From an uncultured virus (IMG/VR IMGVR_UViG_3300018041_000003) (lineage: Duplodnaviria; Heunggongvirae; Uroviricota; Caudoviricetes), in the IMG/VR virus record IMGVR_UViG_3300018041_000003: a stretch of 20,000 bases of DNA; one strand, written 5' to 3'. Every line of letters starts with the position of its first letter. Position 1 is the first letter of the stretch. Shown here piece by piece: positions 1-8,384 of the stretch. The position numbers and the translations under genes are program-made. The notes below the pieces were generated by a model. The model did no database searches, was not told the origin of the DNA, and was given only the letters and a program-made list of their open reading frames with translations.

Positions 1-1
1 T

Positions 2-61
2 AAGACTGCTCAGAATAATGAAACGTTAAATAACTTAGGAAACATAATTAAAGGTGCATAA
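2..61 (+). CDS. 3' end of an upstream gene (partial; KTAQNNETLNNLGNIIKGA*)
   Basis: Open frame from 2 to TAA at 59-61, which overlaps the ATG at 61 (TAATG coupling). Confidence 0.55.
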   Translation, partial: KTAQNNETLNNLGNIIKGA

Positions 62-429
62 TGGCTAGTAACTTACCAAAGACACAATCAAGAGACAGCG
101 CAAGTGAAGTAAAGCAATTTTATAATCAGTATTTTACTGACTTTATTAATTTTCCTTCAAATGATGTTGACGCAGTAATTGGATTTTTTGAAAATAGAGG
201 ATTTAGTAAAACAGGCGCCATTGCAGTTGGAACTGTGCTACTCCAACAAGCAAAGTTAGACGGTATTAAAGTTTTTGAATTATTAGATACATTAAAGCAA
301 ACTGATCAAGTACAATTAAGCAGTGTAGTTACAGAAGTATTAAACTACAATAGAGAAAAAATTTCTACACTAGGTTATAAAGTTGATAATACTTCAAATA
401 GAATCGAAGCACGAAACATAGAGGTGTAG
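61..429 (+). CDS. hypothetical phage protein (122 aa)
   Basis: ORF with AAGGTG SD-like sequence upstream, tightly packed against both neighbours; no recognised motif. Confidence 0.8.
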   Translation: MASNLPKTQSRDSASEVKQFYNQYFTDFINFPSNDVDAVIGFFENRGFSKTGAIAVGTVLLQQAKLDGIKVFELLDTLKQTDQVQLSSVVTEVLNYNREKISTLGYKVDNTSNRIEARNIEV

Positions 430-430
430 C

Positions 431-871
431 ATGGCTAAATTTGCCCAAGGGCGATATAACCTCAAAAATCCAGACAAATACGTAGGACGCAAAACACCAC
501 TATATAGAAGTAGTTGGGAATTTGCTTTTATGAAGTTCTGTGATGAAAATCCCAATGTTGCTAAGTGGGCCAGTGAAGCAGTTAAGATACCTTATCTTAA
601 TCCGTTAACAGGTAAACACACAGTTTATGTTCCAGACTTCTTTATTGCATATGCAGATAAGAATGGCAAACAACGTGCAGAAGTAATTGAAGTAAAACCG
701 GATAATCAAACTACACTTGAAAGTGCAGGACGTAATAAGTATAAACAAGCACAAGTAGTACTTAATATGGCTAAATGGGAAGCCGCTAGAGCATGGTGTA
801 GAGATAAAGGACTATTTTTTAGAGTAATTACTGAAAAGGATATGTTCCATCAAGGAACACGTAAAGGCTAA
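431..871 (+). CDS. gp4: head completion nuclease, T4 gp4-like (TnsA-like PD-(D/E)xK fold)
   Basis: Motifs YRSSWE, WASE..IPY, YVPDF, IEVKP..QT and AKWEAA..WC...F...TE typical of gp4 homologues; GAGGTG SD. Confidence 0.85.
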   Translation: MAKFAQGRYNLKNPDKYVGRKTPLYRSSWEFAFMKFCDENPNVAKWASEAVKIPYLNPLTGKHTVYVPDFFIAYADKNGKQRAEVIEVKPDNQTTLESAGRNKYKQAQVVLNMAKWEAARAWCRDKGLFFRVITEKDMFHQGTRKG

Positions 872-874
872 ATA
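869..874 (+). promoter_or_regulatory. putative late promoter box TAAATA upstream of the 902 gene
   Basis: CTAAATA overlapping the gp4 stop codon; matches the core of the T4 late consensus TATAAATA. Confidence 0.5.
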
Positions 875-901
875 ATAGTAGCATATAATGGATTTTAAGT
901 T

Positions 902-1393
902 ATGAAGAAACTAGAAGAATTGCTTAATTTGCCCGAGTCTAAAGAAATTGTAGACGAAGCAAAATCTGAAGCAAAAGCAGAAGCAAAAACGGCTGTTATT
1001 GAACGTGAAGAAACACAGCGTAGTATTGCTGAATTAGATAAGATTAGTTCTGCACTTCCACAAGTTAAAGGCCTAGGAGAAATGGCTGATAAAGAACTTA
1101 ATGAAGTTGCAGATAAAGCCATGCAAGCATACGAAGATCTAATGGACTTGGGTATGAATGTAGAAAGCCGTTATAGTGGTAGAGTTTTTGAAGTAGCCGG
1201 CGGTATGCTTAAAACTAGTTTAGATGCTAAAGTTGCTAAGTTAGATAAGAAACTTAAAATGGTAGAATTGCAACTTAAAAAAGAAAAACAAGATAAAGAC
1301 GGTGGAAACGACGATGATCTAGTTTCAGGTGAAGGATATGTAGTTGCAGACCGAAATAGTTTACTTGAAAAATTGAAAAACATGGATAAATAA
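902..1393 (+). CDS. probable terminase small subunit (T4 gp16-like)
   Basis: 163 aa, helical/coiled-coil; AMQAYEDLM...GRVFEVAGGML resembles the gp16 'PRxxEVxxxL' region and the C-terminal VVADRNSLLEKL resembles the gp16 tail; close to terL. Confidence 0.55.
   Translation: MKKLEELLNLPESKEIVDEAKSEAKAEAKTAVIEREETQRSIAELDKISSALPQVKGLGEMADKELNEVADKAMQAYEDLMDLGMNVESRYSGRVFEVAGGMLKTSLDAKVAKLDKKLKMVELQLKKEKQDKDGGNDDDLVSGEGYVVADRNSLLEKLKNMDK
1387..1392 (+). promoter_or_regulatory. putative late promoter box TAAATA upstream of the 1414 gene
   Basis: GATAAATA at the end of the previous gene, followed by a short leader with AGGA SD. Confidence 0.5.
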
Positions 1394-1413
1394 CATTGTA
1401 ATAGGAAACGGAT

Positions 1414-1980
1414 ATGAAATTATACAGCGAATATTTAACAGAAGCATACAACAATAAAACTTACGAGTTTAAGATTGGTGTTGCTGGCGACAACGATGGT
1501 GTTGCAGATAAACTTGAAATGTGTCTTAAAAAGTTTGGAGTTACAAATATTACTCCAGGCAAAAAAACACCAATTCAAGAACGCCCACTAGATTTTCCAC
1601 AGTTGCAAAACGAAGAAGTAACTTATTACGAAGCAACTATTACATATCCAACACACGCTGAAGCATTACAAGAGTATCTAGGTTATAATATTGGTAAATC
1701 ACAATCACACATTATGGTACGCAATATGAATGCTCCACAAGAAGTTTATCAAGAGATTAACGATGCACCATATGAAATAAAACTTACTAAAGAAGATATG
1801 GGCGGTGAATCAGCACAAGAAAATGTTGGAAACAACAGAGTTATGGATTTGCTTAAAGAGTTAGAAACTGCTCGTAAAGAACACGAGTACGATCCAACTG
1901 CTACTGCAAAGACTATTACATCAGACCAACCAAAAACAGAAATGACTGACGTTAAGTCTAAAAGTCCAATAGGGAGTTAA
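1414..1980 (+). CDS. hypothetical protein, probably virion/head-associated (188 aa)
   Basis: Long ORF in the head/packaging block after a late box; N-terminal YLTE resembles T4-type prohead protease sites (inference). Confidence 0.75.
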   Translation: MKLYSEYLTEAYNNKTYEFKIGVAGDNDGVADKLEMCLKKFGVTNITPGKKTPIQERPLDFPQLQNEEVTYYEATITYPTHAEALQEYLGYNIGKSQSHIMVRNMNAPQEVYQEINDAPYEIKLTKEDMGGESAQENVGNNRVMDLLKELETARKEHEYDPTATAKTITSDQPKTEMTDVKSKSPIGS

Positions 1981-1982
1981 TT

Positions 1983-2783
1983 ATGAGATTAGATGACATT
2001 TACAAAAAGATTCAGCAATTGGACGAGGCGATGAATGAAGCCGCTTCTGCTTCGATTAATATGTCAGGCGACAATGCTGAGGACGTTATAAAATTAATGA
2101 ATGCACTTAAAGGTGGTTCGGGCGCAGATTCAATTGACAGTATTCCAACTGCAATTAAGAAACCAGTTGCACCTATGCCTGTTATGGGTCCACCAGATAT
2201 GAGCGACGACATGGCTAAGTTAAGAGACATTGTAGACGGTCCAAAAGATAGAGATCAATTGAAGCCGGGCATACAGGGAGAACCATGTAAGATTTGCGGT
2301 AAAGATCATTTAGGCAATTCAGGATGTGGAGAAGATATTGAAACAAGTGAAGGCGCTGGCGTAAGTTTAGATCAAGCACGTGAATACTTTTTTGATAAGC
2401 ATGACTTTGCTGATGAAAATGTTCAAGGCGAATATGACGAAATGGCAAGCAAAATGTCTCCAGAAGATGCTGAGACACTTAAAAAAGAACTTGAAGAATT
2501 TTATCCTGATGTTACTTTTGAAGGTTATGCTAACGAGCCAGATGAAAGTTATCAAGATCAGCATTATATGACTAAAGATTTATCAGGCGGTAGTGAACAA
2601 GGTCAAAAGAAATCATATCCAAAAGCGGCTGGCGGAGATAATCCAATGGCACTAGAGGCTGAAATTGCAAAAAGTTTAGCGGCACAGTTAAAAACATTTA
2701 TGTCTGAAGGTAAAGGCTGTGAATGTAATGACGGCGGCTCATGTGATTGCGACGATAGTTGCGAAGATTGTAGTTGTAAATAG
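1983..2783 (+). CDS. acidic hypothetical protein with CCHC-like motif and Cys-rich C-terminus (266 aa)
   Basis: GGGAG SD; very D/E-rich; CKICGKDHLGNSGC and terminal CECNDGGSCDCDDSCEDCSCK. Confidence 0.8.
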   Translation: MRLDDIYKKIQQLDEAMNEAASASINMSGDNAEDVIKLMNALKGGSGADSIDSIPTAIKKPVAPMPVMGPPDMSDDMAKLRDIVDGPKDRDQLKPGIQGEPCKICGKDHLGNSGCGEDIETSEGAGVSLDQAREYFFDKHDFADENVQGEYDEMASKMSPEDAETLKKELEEFYPDVTFEGYANEPDESYQDQHYMTKDLSGGSEQGQKKSYPKAAGGDNPMALEAEIAKSLAAQLKTFMSEGKGCECNDGGSCDCDDSCEDCSCK

Positions 2784-2802
2784 TTTACTCAAAGGCTATT
2801 TC

Positions 2803-2830
2803 AAATAGGGCCTCCGGGCCCTATTTTTTT
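2803..2830 (+). terminator. intrinsic terminator with C-UCCG-G tetraloop
   Basis: AAATAGGGCC-TCCG-GGCCCTATTT perfect 10-bp stem running into a T7 tract. Confidence 0.9.
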
Positions 2831-2833
2831 GAG

Positions 2834-2839
2834 TAAATA
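2834..2839 (+). promoter_or_regulatory. late promoter box TAAATA, 5 nt before the terL ATG
   Basis: TAAATA-CTAGT-ATG directly after a terminator, so a new promoter is expected here. Confidence 0.75.
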
Positions 2840-2844
2840 CTAGT

Positions 2845-4437
2845 ATGGCAAACAAAAGTTTAGACGGTGTACTAACTAAGAAAGCACACCAAAAAGAAAA
2901 GTTTACACAAGTACAGATTGAGGATTTGGCTAACTGTATGGATCCTGAATCGGGGTATCTATATTTTGCTAGGAAGTTCTTCTATATTCAACATCCTGTA
3001 AAAGGTAAAGTGTTGTTTGAACCTTATGATTATCAAACACGACTACTTTCAAGTTATCACGATCATCGATTTAATATTAATATGTTACCTAGACAGAGCG
3101 GAAAGACTACTACTGCCGCAGGATATCTATTATGGTATGCAATGTTTCATCCAGACCAAACAATTCTAATTGCCGCTCACAAATATACAGGTGCCCAAGA
3201 AATTATGCAACGTATTAGATACGGATATGAACTGTGTCCTGATCACATACGTGCTGGAGTTGTTAACTATAATAAAGGGTCAATGGAATTTGAAAATGGA
3301 TCACGTATTGTAGCACAAACAACCACAGGCAACACAGGACGTGGTATGAGTATCTCATTACTATACTGTGACGAGTTTGCGTTTGTGCAACCTAACATTG
3401 CTACAGACTTTTGGACTTCGATATCACCTACACTAGCAACTGGTGGTCGTGCTATTATTACAAGCACACCAAACTCAGACGAAGATACATTTGCTATTAT
3501 TTGGAAAGAATCTCAAAACAAATTTGATGAACACGGCAACGAACAACAAGTAGGTATTAATGGTTTCCATGGGTTTACTGCATCCTGGGACGAACATCCT
3601 GATCGAGATGATGAATGGAAGAAAACTGAATTAGGACGTATCGGAGAAGAAAGATTCCGTCGTGAGTATGGTTGTGAATTCTTAGTATTTGATGAAACAC
3701 TAATTAATTCAATTAAACTTGCGTCAATGGAAGGTAACGATCCAATTGAGAATATGGGCCAAATACGTTGGTATAAAAAATTAGATCCAACACAAACTTA
3801 CACAATTAGTTTAGATCCTGCTATGGGCACAGGCGGTGATTACTCTGCTATCCAAGTGTTTGAAGTTCCTTCATACAAACAAGTTGCAGAATGGAGACAC
3901 AACACAACTCCTATTACTGGGCAAGTTAGAATACTAAAAGAAATTTGTGACTATATTAAAGAAACAACTAGGAATAATACTGCTAGTAACATTTATTGGA
4001 GTATAGAAAATAACACAATTGGAGAAGCGGCTTTAATTGTTGTTCAGGATATTGGCGAAGAAAATATACCAGGGCTATTTGTAAGTGAACCTATGCGTAA
4101 AGGACACGTTAGAAAATTCCGTAAAGGATTTAATACTACCCATGCTACTAAAATTAGTGCTTGTGCTAAATTAAAGAGTATGGTAGAATCAGATCTTATG
4201 ACGATTAACAGTAAAGCATTAATATCAGAACTTAAAGGATTTGTAGCAAGTGGAACAAGTTTTAAAGCAAAGCCGGGTGAAACTGACGATTTAATCAGTG
4301 CAACACTACTGGCATTAAGAATGATGAAAGTTTTAAAGGACTGGGATCCTAGAGTGTACAATACATTTAAGCAAGATCACGTAGATGGAGAGGATTATGA
4401 GCCGCCGATGCCAATTTTTGTATCTTCCGGCTTCTAG
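2845..4437 (+). CDS. terL: terminase large subunit (T4 gp17-like)
   Basis: Q motif YDYQ, Walker A PRQSGKTT, Walker B LLYCDEFAF, coupling motif ITSTP, FRREYGCEF, RNase H-like nuclease residues ISLDPAMG..DYS and DDL. Confidence 0.97.
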   Translation: MANKSLDGVLTKKAHQKEKFTQVQIEDLANCMDPESGYLYFARKFFYIQHPVKGKVLFEPYDYQTRLLSSYHDHRFNINMLPRQSGKTTTAAGYLLWYAMFHPDQTILIAAHKYTGAQEIMQRIRYGYELCPDHIRAGVVNYNKGSMEFENGSRIVAQTTTGNTGRGMSISLLYCDEFAFVQPNIATDFWTSISPTLATGGRAIITSTPNSDEDTFAIIWKESQNKFDEHGNEQQVGINGFHGFTASWDEHPDRDDEWKKTELGRIGEERFRREYGCEFLVFDETLINSIKLASMEGNDPIENMGQIRWYKKLDPTQTYTISLDPAMGTGGDYSAIQVFEVPSYKQVAEWRHNTTPITGQVRILKEICDYIKETTRNNTASNIYWSIENNTIGEAALIVVQDIGEENIPGLFVSEPMRKGHVRKFRKGFNTTHATKISACAKLKSMVESDLMTINSKALISELKGFVASGTSFKAKPGETDDLISATLLALRMMKVLKDWDPRVYNTFKQDHVDGEDYEPPMPIFVSSGF

Positions 4438-4438
4438 A

Positions 4439-4444
4439 TAAATA
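4439..4444 (+). promoter_or_regulatory. late promoter box TAAATA, 5 nt before the ATG at 4450
   Basis: GATAAATA-CTAAT-ATG in a 12-nt intergenic gap with no SD. Confidence 0.7.
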
Positions 4445-4449
4445 CTAAT

Positions 4450-7221
4450 ATGTTAAACTTAGACAAAATTGCAGAAGAACTTTTTAATAAGATTAGAGGT
4501 CGTTATCCTAAAGTAACACTAGGAGACGAAAACTCTCTTATTACAAATGTGCCAAATAAAGCACGATTTTTTGATTTTGAGTTTAGTAAAGGAAATAAAG
4601 TAAATATTACTGTTGACGAAAAATCAGTAACTGTACTATATAATAACAAATTACTATCAGATGACAGCAAAATTCAAAAAGAAGACTGGTATGGTTTTAT
4701 GAAAGAATTAAGAGTTTTTGCTAAAAAGCGTATGCTTAATTTTGATACTCGAGATATTACTAAAACAAACTTAGATAAAAGAGATTATCAGTACATAGCA
4801 ACAAATAGACCCGGAGAAGAAAAAATGAGTGAAAGTAAGATGTATGGAACTAGTAGAACTAGTTTCCAAGATTTAGGAAATGCTAGACTTGTAGTCAAGC
4901 ATAGAAATGCAGTTGATCAAGAAAATCCTGCAGGACGTACACAACAAATTGATAGCATTTATATTGAAAGCAGTGAGGGTGAAAGATTTAAATATCCTTA
5001 CAGACATCTCAACGGTGCAAGAGCAATGGCTATGCACGTTTCAGAAGGTGGCAATGCATATGACACATTTGGTAAGCACATCGTATCACTCAGCGAAGAA
5101 CTTAGCAAACTACGTCAATTCAAAACTTATATGAATCGTTCAAGTGTAATGGCTGAGGGTCTTGCTGGTTACATGGACATTGTTAATGAAAGAATTGACA
5201 CTGTTAAAGAAACAGTTTTTAAATTACAAAGACAAAATTATTACAAAGAAGCATTTGAATCATTTGAAGAAACAGTAATGGAAGAAGTACCAACTGACGT
5301 AAGTTCAAACTGGATTGATGAATTAACTATTCGTCAATTTAATGAAGAACTAAAAAGTGTATTCCCTTACATTTATAATCTTGTTAAAGAAAATACAAAA
5401 CCTACACAGATTGGTCCGGAAGATTTGTTAGGCGAAGAAAAATTAGATTTTAGTGACAAGAATAAAGAACTATCTATGTGGCTGGCAAAGTATGACGAAT
5501 ACACCGGCGGCAATGGTGATGGATTACCTATGGGCTGGATCAAAGCCATGACATCAACTGGGATTGTAAGTGATGGATATGAGCAAGACGAACTTATAGC
5601 ATTTGAAAAGAAAATTGGCAAAGAAGAATCCGAGTGGGAAGATGCAGAATGGGATGAATTTAGAAAGCCTGAAAATTCTCCAATCACTTCAAAAATGTTT
5701 GCAGACTTAGCAAAGATTATCGGCACAGACGATCATGATGAAGATGTTGCTCGTGCTGTCAGCGATGCATTAAGTATCGGCGAAGGTGAAACAAATAAAG
5801 CAGACAGCATGAACATGGAAGAAGCAGATGATGGTAAGAAAGAACAACTCCAGGCATGGTATGAAAAGTATAACCAATATGACCCTGCAGACATCGGTAG
5901 TTTAGCAGACGGTATGTTTAAGTTCTTTCAAGATTCGGGTGTGGATTTAGACACAGTCGAAAAAAGTGAATACGATGCACTCGTAGCAAAACACGGCGAA
6001 GACAAAATAGAAGGTAATGCCTTGAGATTTTTAAGTGATGAGGATACACCTATCACTAAAGCAATGTTCGACGAGTTTGAAAGAATAATGGGCGAACCTG
6101 CAGATGAAGAAAGTTCAGAAAAAGCGGTATCATTGCTGGGACTGGATGAAGGTATGAACATGGAAGATGCATATGCTTCACACTTAGACAATATAGTTGC
6201 TACATCAAAACACGAGCAAGGTCCAGAACAAAACGAAGGCTCAGTACCTAACTACCTTGACAGCGAATGGAAAGATAAGTTAGCGGCTTGTGCTAAAGGT
6301 GAAGAAGGCGGTGAAGACGCAGTGTGCGATATGCTGGATAAGTTTGATATTCCAAAAGACAAAGCCGGCGATTTAATTCAAAAACAAATTGACAAAAAGT
6401 TTAAAGGCATTGGAGTAATGTTTAAAAATCCATTGAAAGCGGATCCTGAATGGGACAACCTACAAAAATTAGTTGATCGCTTAAAAGGCAAAAGTATGGG
6501 CGAAGGCAACGAATTTGCACAAAAGGTACAAGCACTAAAAGCCAAAGGTGCTAAGCCAGGAACTAAATTCAAAACATCAGACGGTGAAGAACATACACTC
6601 GAAGATGCTATTAGATTAGCAGGACTACAAGTTGAAGACTTTTGGACTGCTGAAGAATTAGTATCTGAAAGCGAACTTCCAAAAAGTCCCAAAGTATTAA
6701 AACTTGTTATTGATGATTTGAAAAAATTTAAAGCGGAACAAGAAGAAGCAAAAAAACAAGGCTATGACGAAGATGTAAGAATGATGCAAGGTCGAATTGA
6801 CGATATGATGGACATTGCAAATCTTATAAAGGATGGTGGTCCTATAGCCGCTTTGGATACATCAGTACAGGACCTTATTGTAGATTACTACGAAAAAGCA
6901 GGTGAGCCGTTACCATTTGCAAAAGAAGCAGATGATGACACTATGGATATCAAAATTGACAAAGACGGTGCGTTATCAAAAGCAGATGCTCCAGACAAGT
7001 TACACGATAAAGAAGAATTACCTTTAGATGAGTTTATCAAAGGACACTTTGATTACACTTCTAATCAATTCCCTAAAGGTGAAACTGCGGTCATGACAGC
7101 AGTTGAAAAGAAGTATGGTGACGAAGCAATAAAAGATGCTATGAACATCATGAAGGAATTGGTTACAAATCAAGATGAAGAGATGGCAAGAATTAAGACT
7201 TTAGCGGGTTTGGCTCACTAA
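4450..7221 (+). CDS. large modular acidic protein (923 aa), probably internal head/core-type; function unknown
   Basis: Uninterrupted ORF with a globular-looking N-terminal ~320 aa, then acidic modules including a diverged tandem duplication; ends in RIKTLAGLAH. Confidence 0.85.
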   Translation: MLNLDKIAEELFNKIRGRYPKVTLGDENSLITNVPNKARFFDFEFSKGNKVNITVDEKSVTVLYNNKLLSDDSKIQKEDWYGFMKELRVFAKKRMLNFDTRDITKTNLDKRDYQYIATNRPGEEKMSESKMYGTSRTSFQDLGNARLVVKHRNAVDQENPAGRTQQIDSIYIESSEGERFKYPYRHLNGARAMAMHVSEGGNAYDTFGKHIVSLSEELSKLRQFKTYMNRSSVMAEGLAGYMDIVNERIDTVKETVFKLQRQNYYKEAFESFEETVMEEVPTDVSSNWIDELTIRQFNEELKSVFPYIYNLVKENTKPTQIGPEDLLGEEKLDFSDKNKELSMWLAKYDEYTGGNGDGLPMGWIKAMTSTGIVSDGYEQDELIAFEKKIGKEESEWEDAEWDEFRKPENSPITSKMFADLAKIIGTDDHDEDVARAVSDALSIGEGETNKADSMNMEEADDGKKEQLQAWYEKYNQYDPADIGSLADGMFKFFQDSGVDLDTVEKSEYDALVAKHGEDKIEGNALRFLSDEDTPITKAMFDEFERIMGEPADEESSEKAVSLLGLDEGMNMEDAYASHLDNIVATSKHEQGPEQNEGSVPNYLDSEWKDKLAACAKGEEGGEDAVCDMLDKFDIPKDKAGDLIQKQIDKKFKGIGVMFKNPLKADPEWDNLQKLVDRLKGKSMGEGNEFAQKVQALKAKGAKPGTKFKTSDGEEHTLEDAIRLAGLQVEDFWTAEELVSESELPKSPKVLKLVIDDLKKFKAEQEEAKKQGYDEDVRMMQGRIDDMMDIANLIKDGGPIAALDTSVQDLIVDYYEKAGEPLPFAKEADDDTMDIKIDKDGALSKADAPDKLHDKEELPLDEFIKGHFDYTSNQFPKGETAVMTAVEKKYGDEAIKDAMNIMKELVTNQDEEMARIKTLAGLAH
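5809..6171 (+). repeat. 18-bp direct repeat ATGAACATGGAAGA(A/T)GCA at 5809-5826 and 6154-6171
   Basis: 17/18 identity, 345 bp (115 codons) apart, closing each of two diverged protein modules. Confidence 0.8.
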
Positions 7222-7245
7222 GTCACTTTTTTGACAAAGTTTCAC

Positions 7246-7274
7246 TTGACTTTATAAGTAAGTTTGTGTATTAT
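7246..7274 (+). promoter_or_regulatory. sigma70-type (early) promoter for the SSB gene
   Basis: TTGACT (7246-7251), 17-bp spacer, TATTAT (7269-7274) in an intergenic region; GGAGG SD at 7331-7335. Confidence 0.7.
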
Positions 7275-7343
7275 AGTAAATGTACTGCACAATCTAGGCA
7301 ATACAATAACAGCCAAAGGCAAATAACATAGGAGGCTTTAATT

Positions 7344-8333
7344 ATGGCAACACTAGCAGAAATTCGTGCTAAACTAAAAGAACAAGAATCACGCACAGGT
7401 GGTTCTAATCAATCAACAAGCGGCGACAACGCCATTTACCCATTTTGGAACTTAAAGGAAGGCGAGCAGTCAACTGTACGTTTCTTACCTGATGGTGACG
7501 AAAATAACACTTTCTTTTGGAAAGAGCGTTTGATGATCAAACTACCTTTCGCAGGTGTTAAGGGTGAAACAGACTCACGTCCAGTTCAAGTACAAGTACC
7601 ATGTATGGAAATGTATGGTGAATCTTGTCCAATCCTAAGCGAAGTTCGCGGATGGTTTAAAGATCCAACTCTAGAAGATATGGGTCGTAAGTATTGGAAA
7701 AAGCGTTCATACGTATTCCAAGGTTTTGTAACTGAGAACGGTCTTAATGAAGACAAAACTCCAGAAAATCCAATCAGACGTTTTATTATTGGTCCACAAA
7801 TTTTCCAAATCATTAAGGGTGCATTAATGGATCCTGAAATGGAAGAACTACCAACTGATTATACAGCAGGAGTAGACTTTAGACTTATTAAAACTTCTAA
7901 AGGCGGCTATGCTGATTACTCAACATCACAATGGTCACGTAGAGAGCGTCCATTAACTGATGCAGAGATGCAAGCAGTTAACACAAATGGATTGTTTAAC
8001 ATGAGCGACTTTTTACCTAAGAAACCAGGTGAAGTAGAAGTTAAAGTAATGCAAGAAATGTTCCAAGCATCAGTTGACGGTGAAGCATATGATCCGGAAC
8101 GTTGGGGACAGTACTTCCGTCCAGCAGGGATGGCGGCACGTACAGGTGATCCGAATACTCAATCATCTGCTCCGACTACACCAGTATCGACAGCACCAGA
8201 GGCTACAACTACACCAGTAGTAGAAGCACCTGCGGCGCCAGCACCAGAAGTAGCACCGGTGTCGGCACCAGCAAGCGATAATGGTAAAGCCGAAGATATC
8301 TTGGCAATGATCCGTTCACGTCAAGCACAGTAA
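7344..8333 (+). CDS. gp32: single-stranded DNA-binding protein (T4 gp32-like)
   Basis: VRFLPD, CPI, YWKKRSY, IGPQIFQII, TDY..G.DF.L.KT.KGGYADYSTS motifs; Pro/Ala-rich linker; adjacent to uvsX. Confidence 0.88.
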   Translation: MATLAEIRAKLKEQESRTGGSNQSTSGDNAIYPFWNLKEGEQSTVRFLPDGDENNTFFWKERLMIKLPFAGVKGETDSRPVQVQVPCMEMYGESCPILSEVRGWFKDPTLEDMGRKYWKKRSYVFQGFVTENGLNEDKTPENPIRRFIIGPQIFQIIKGALMDPEMEELPTDYTAGVDFRLIKTSKGGYADYSTSQWSRRERPLTDAEMQAVNTNGLFNMSDFLPKKPGEVEVKVMQEMFQASVDGEAYDPERWGQYFRPAGMAARTGDPNTQSSAPTTPVSTAPEATTTPVVEAPAAPAPEVAPVSAPASDNGKAEDILAMIRSRQAQ

Positions 8334-8341
8334 TAATAATT

Positions 8342-8367
8342 AAAGGGTGGCTTCGGTCACCCTTTTT
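8342..8367 (+). terminator. intrinsic terminator with C-UUCG-G tetraloop
   Basis: AAAGGGTGGC-TTCG-GTCACCCTTT (one G-U pair) running into a T5 tract. Confidence 0.88.
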
Positions 8368-8384
8368 ATGCTAAAGGAGAAACC

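Noticed and set aside
431..871. TnsA-like nuclease as evidence of a Tn7-like transposon
   Set aside because: No tnsB/tnsC or terminal repeats; context and motifs fit the phage gp4 head-completion protein
2777..2782. TAAATA at the end of the 266-aa gene, and gene-internal TAAATA hexamers such as 27-32 and 9299-9304
   Set aside because: The first lies just upstream of a terminator and the others are inside CDSs without the N5-ATG geometry; such hexamers are expected by chance in AT-rich DNA
8160..8275. Short GCACCAG-type repeats in the SSB 3' region
   Set aside because: Explained by a Pro/Ala-rich linker; no regular repeat-spacer structure
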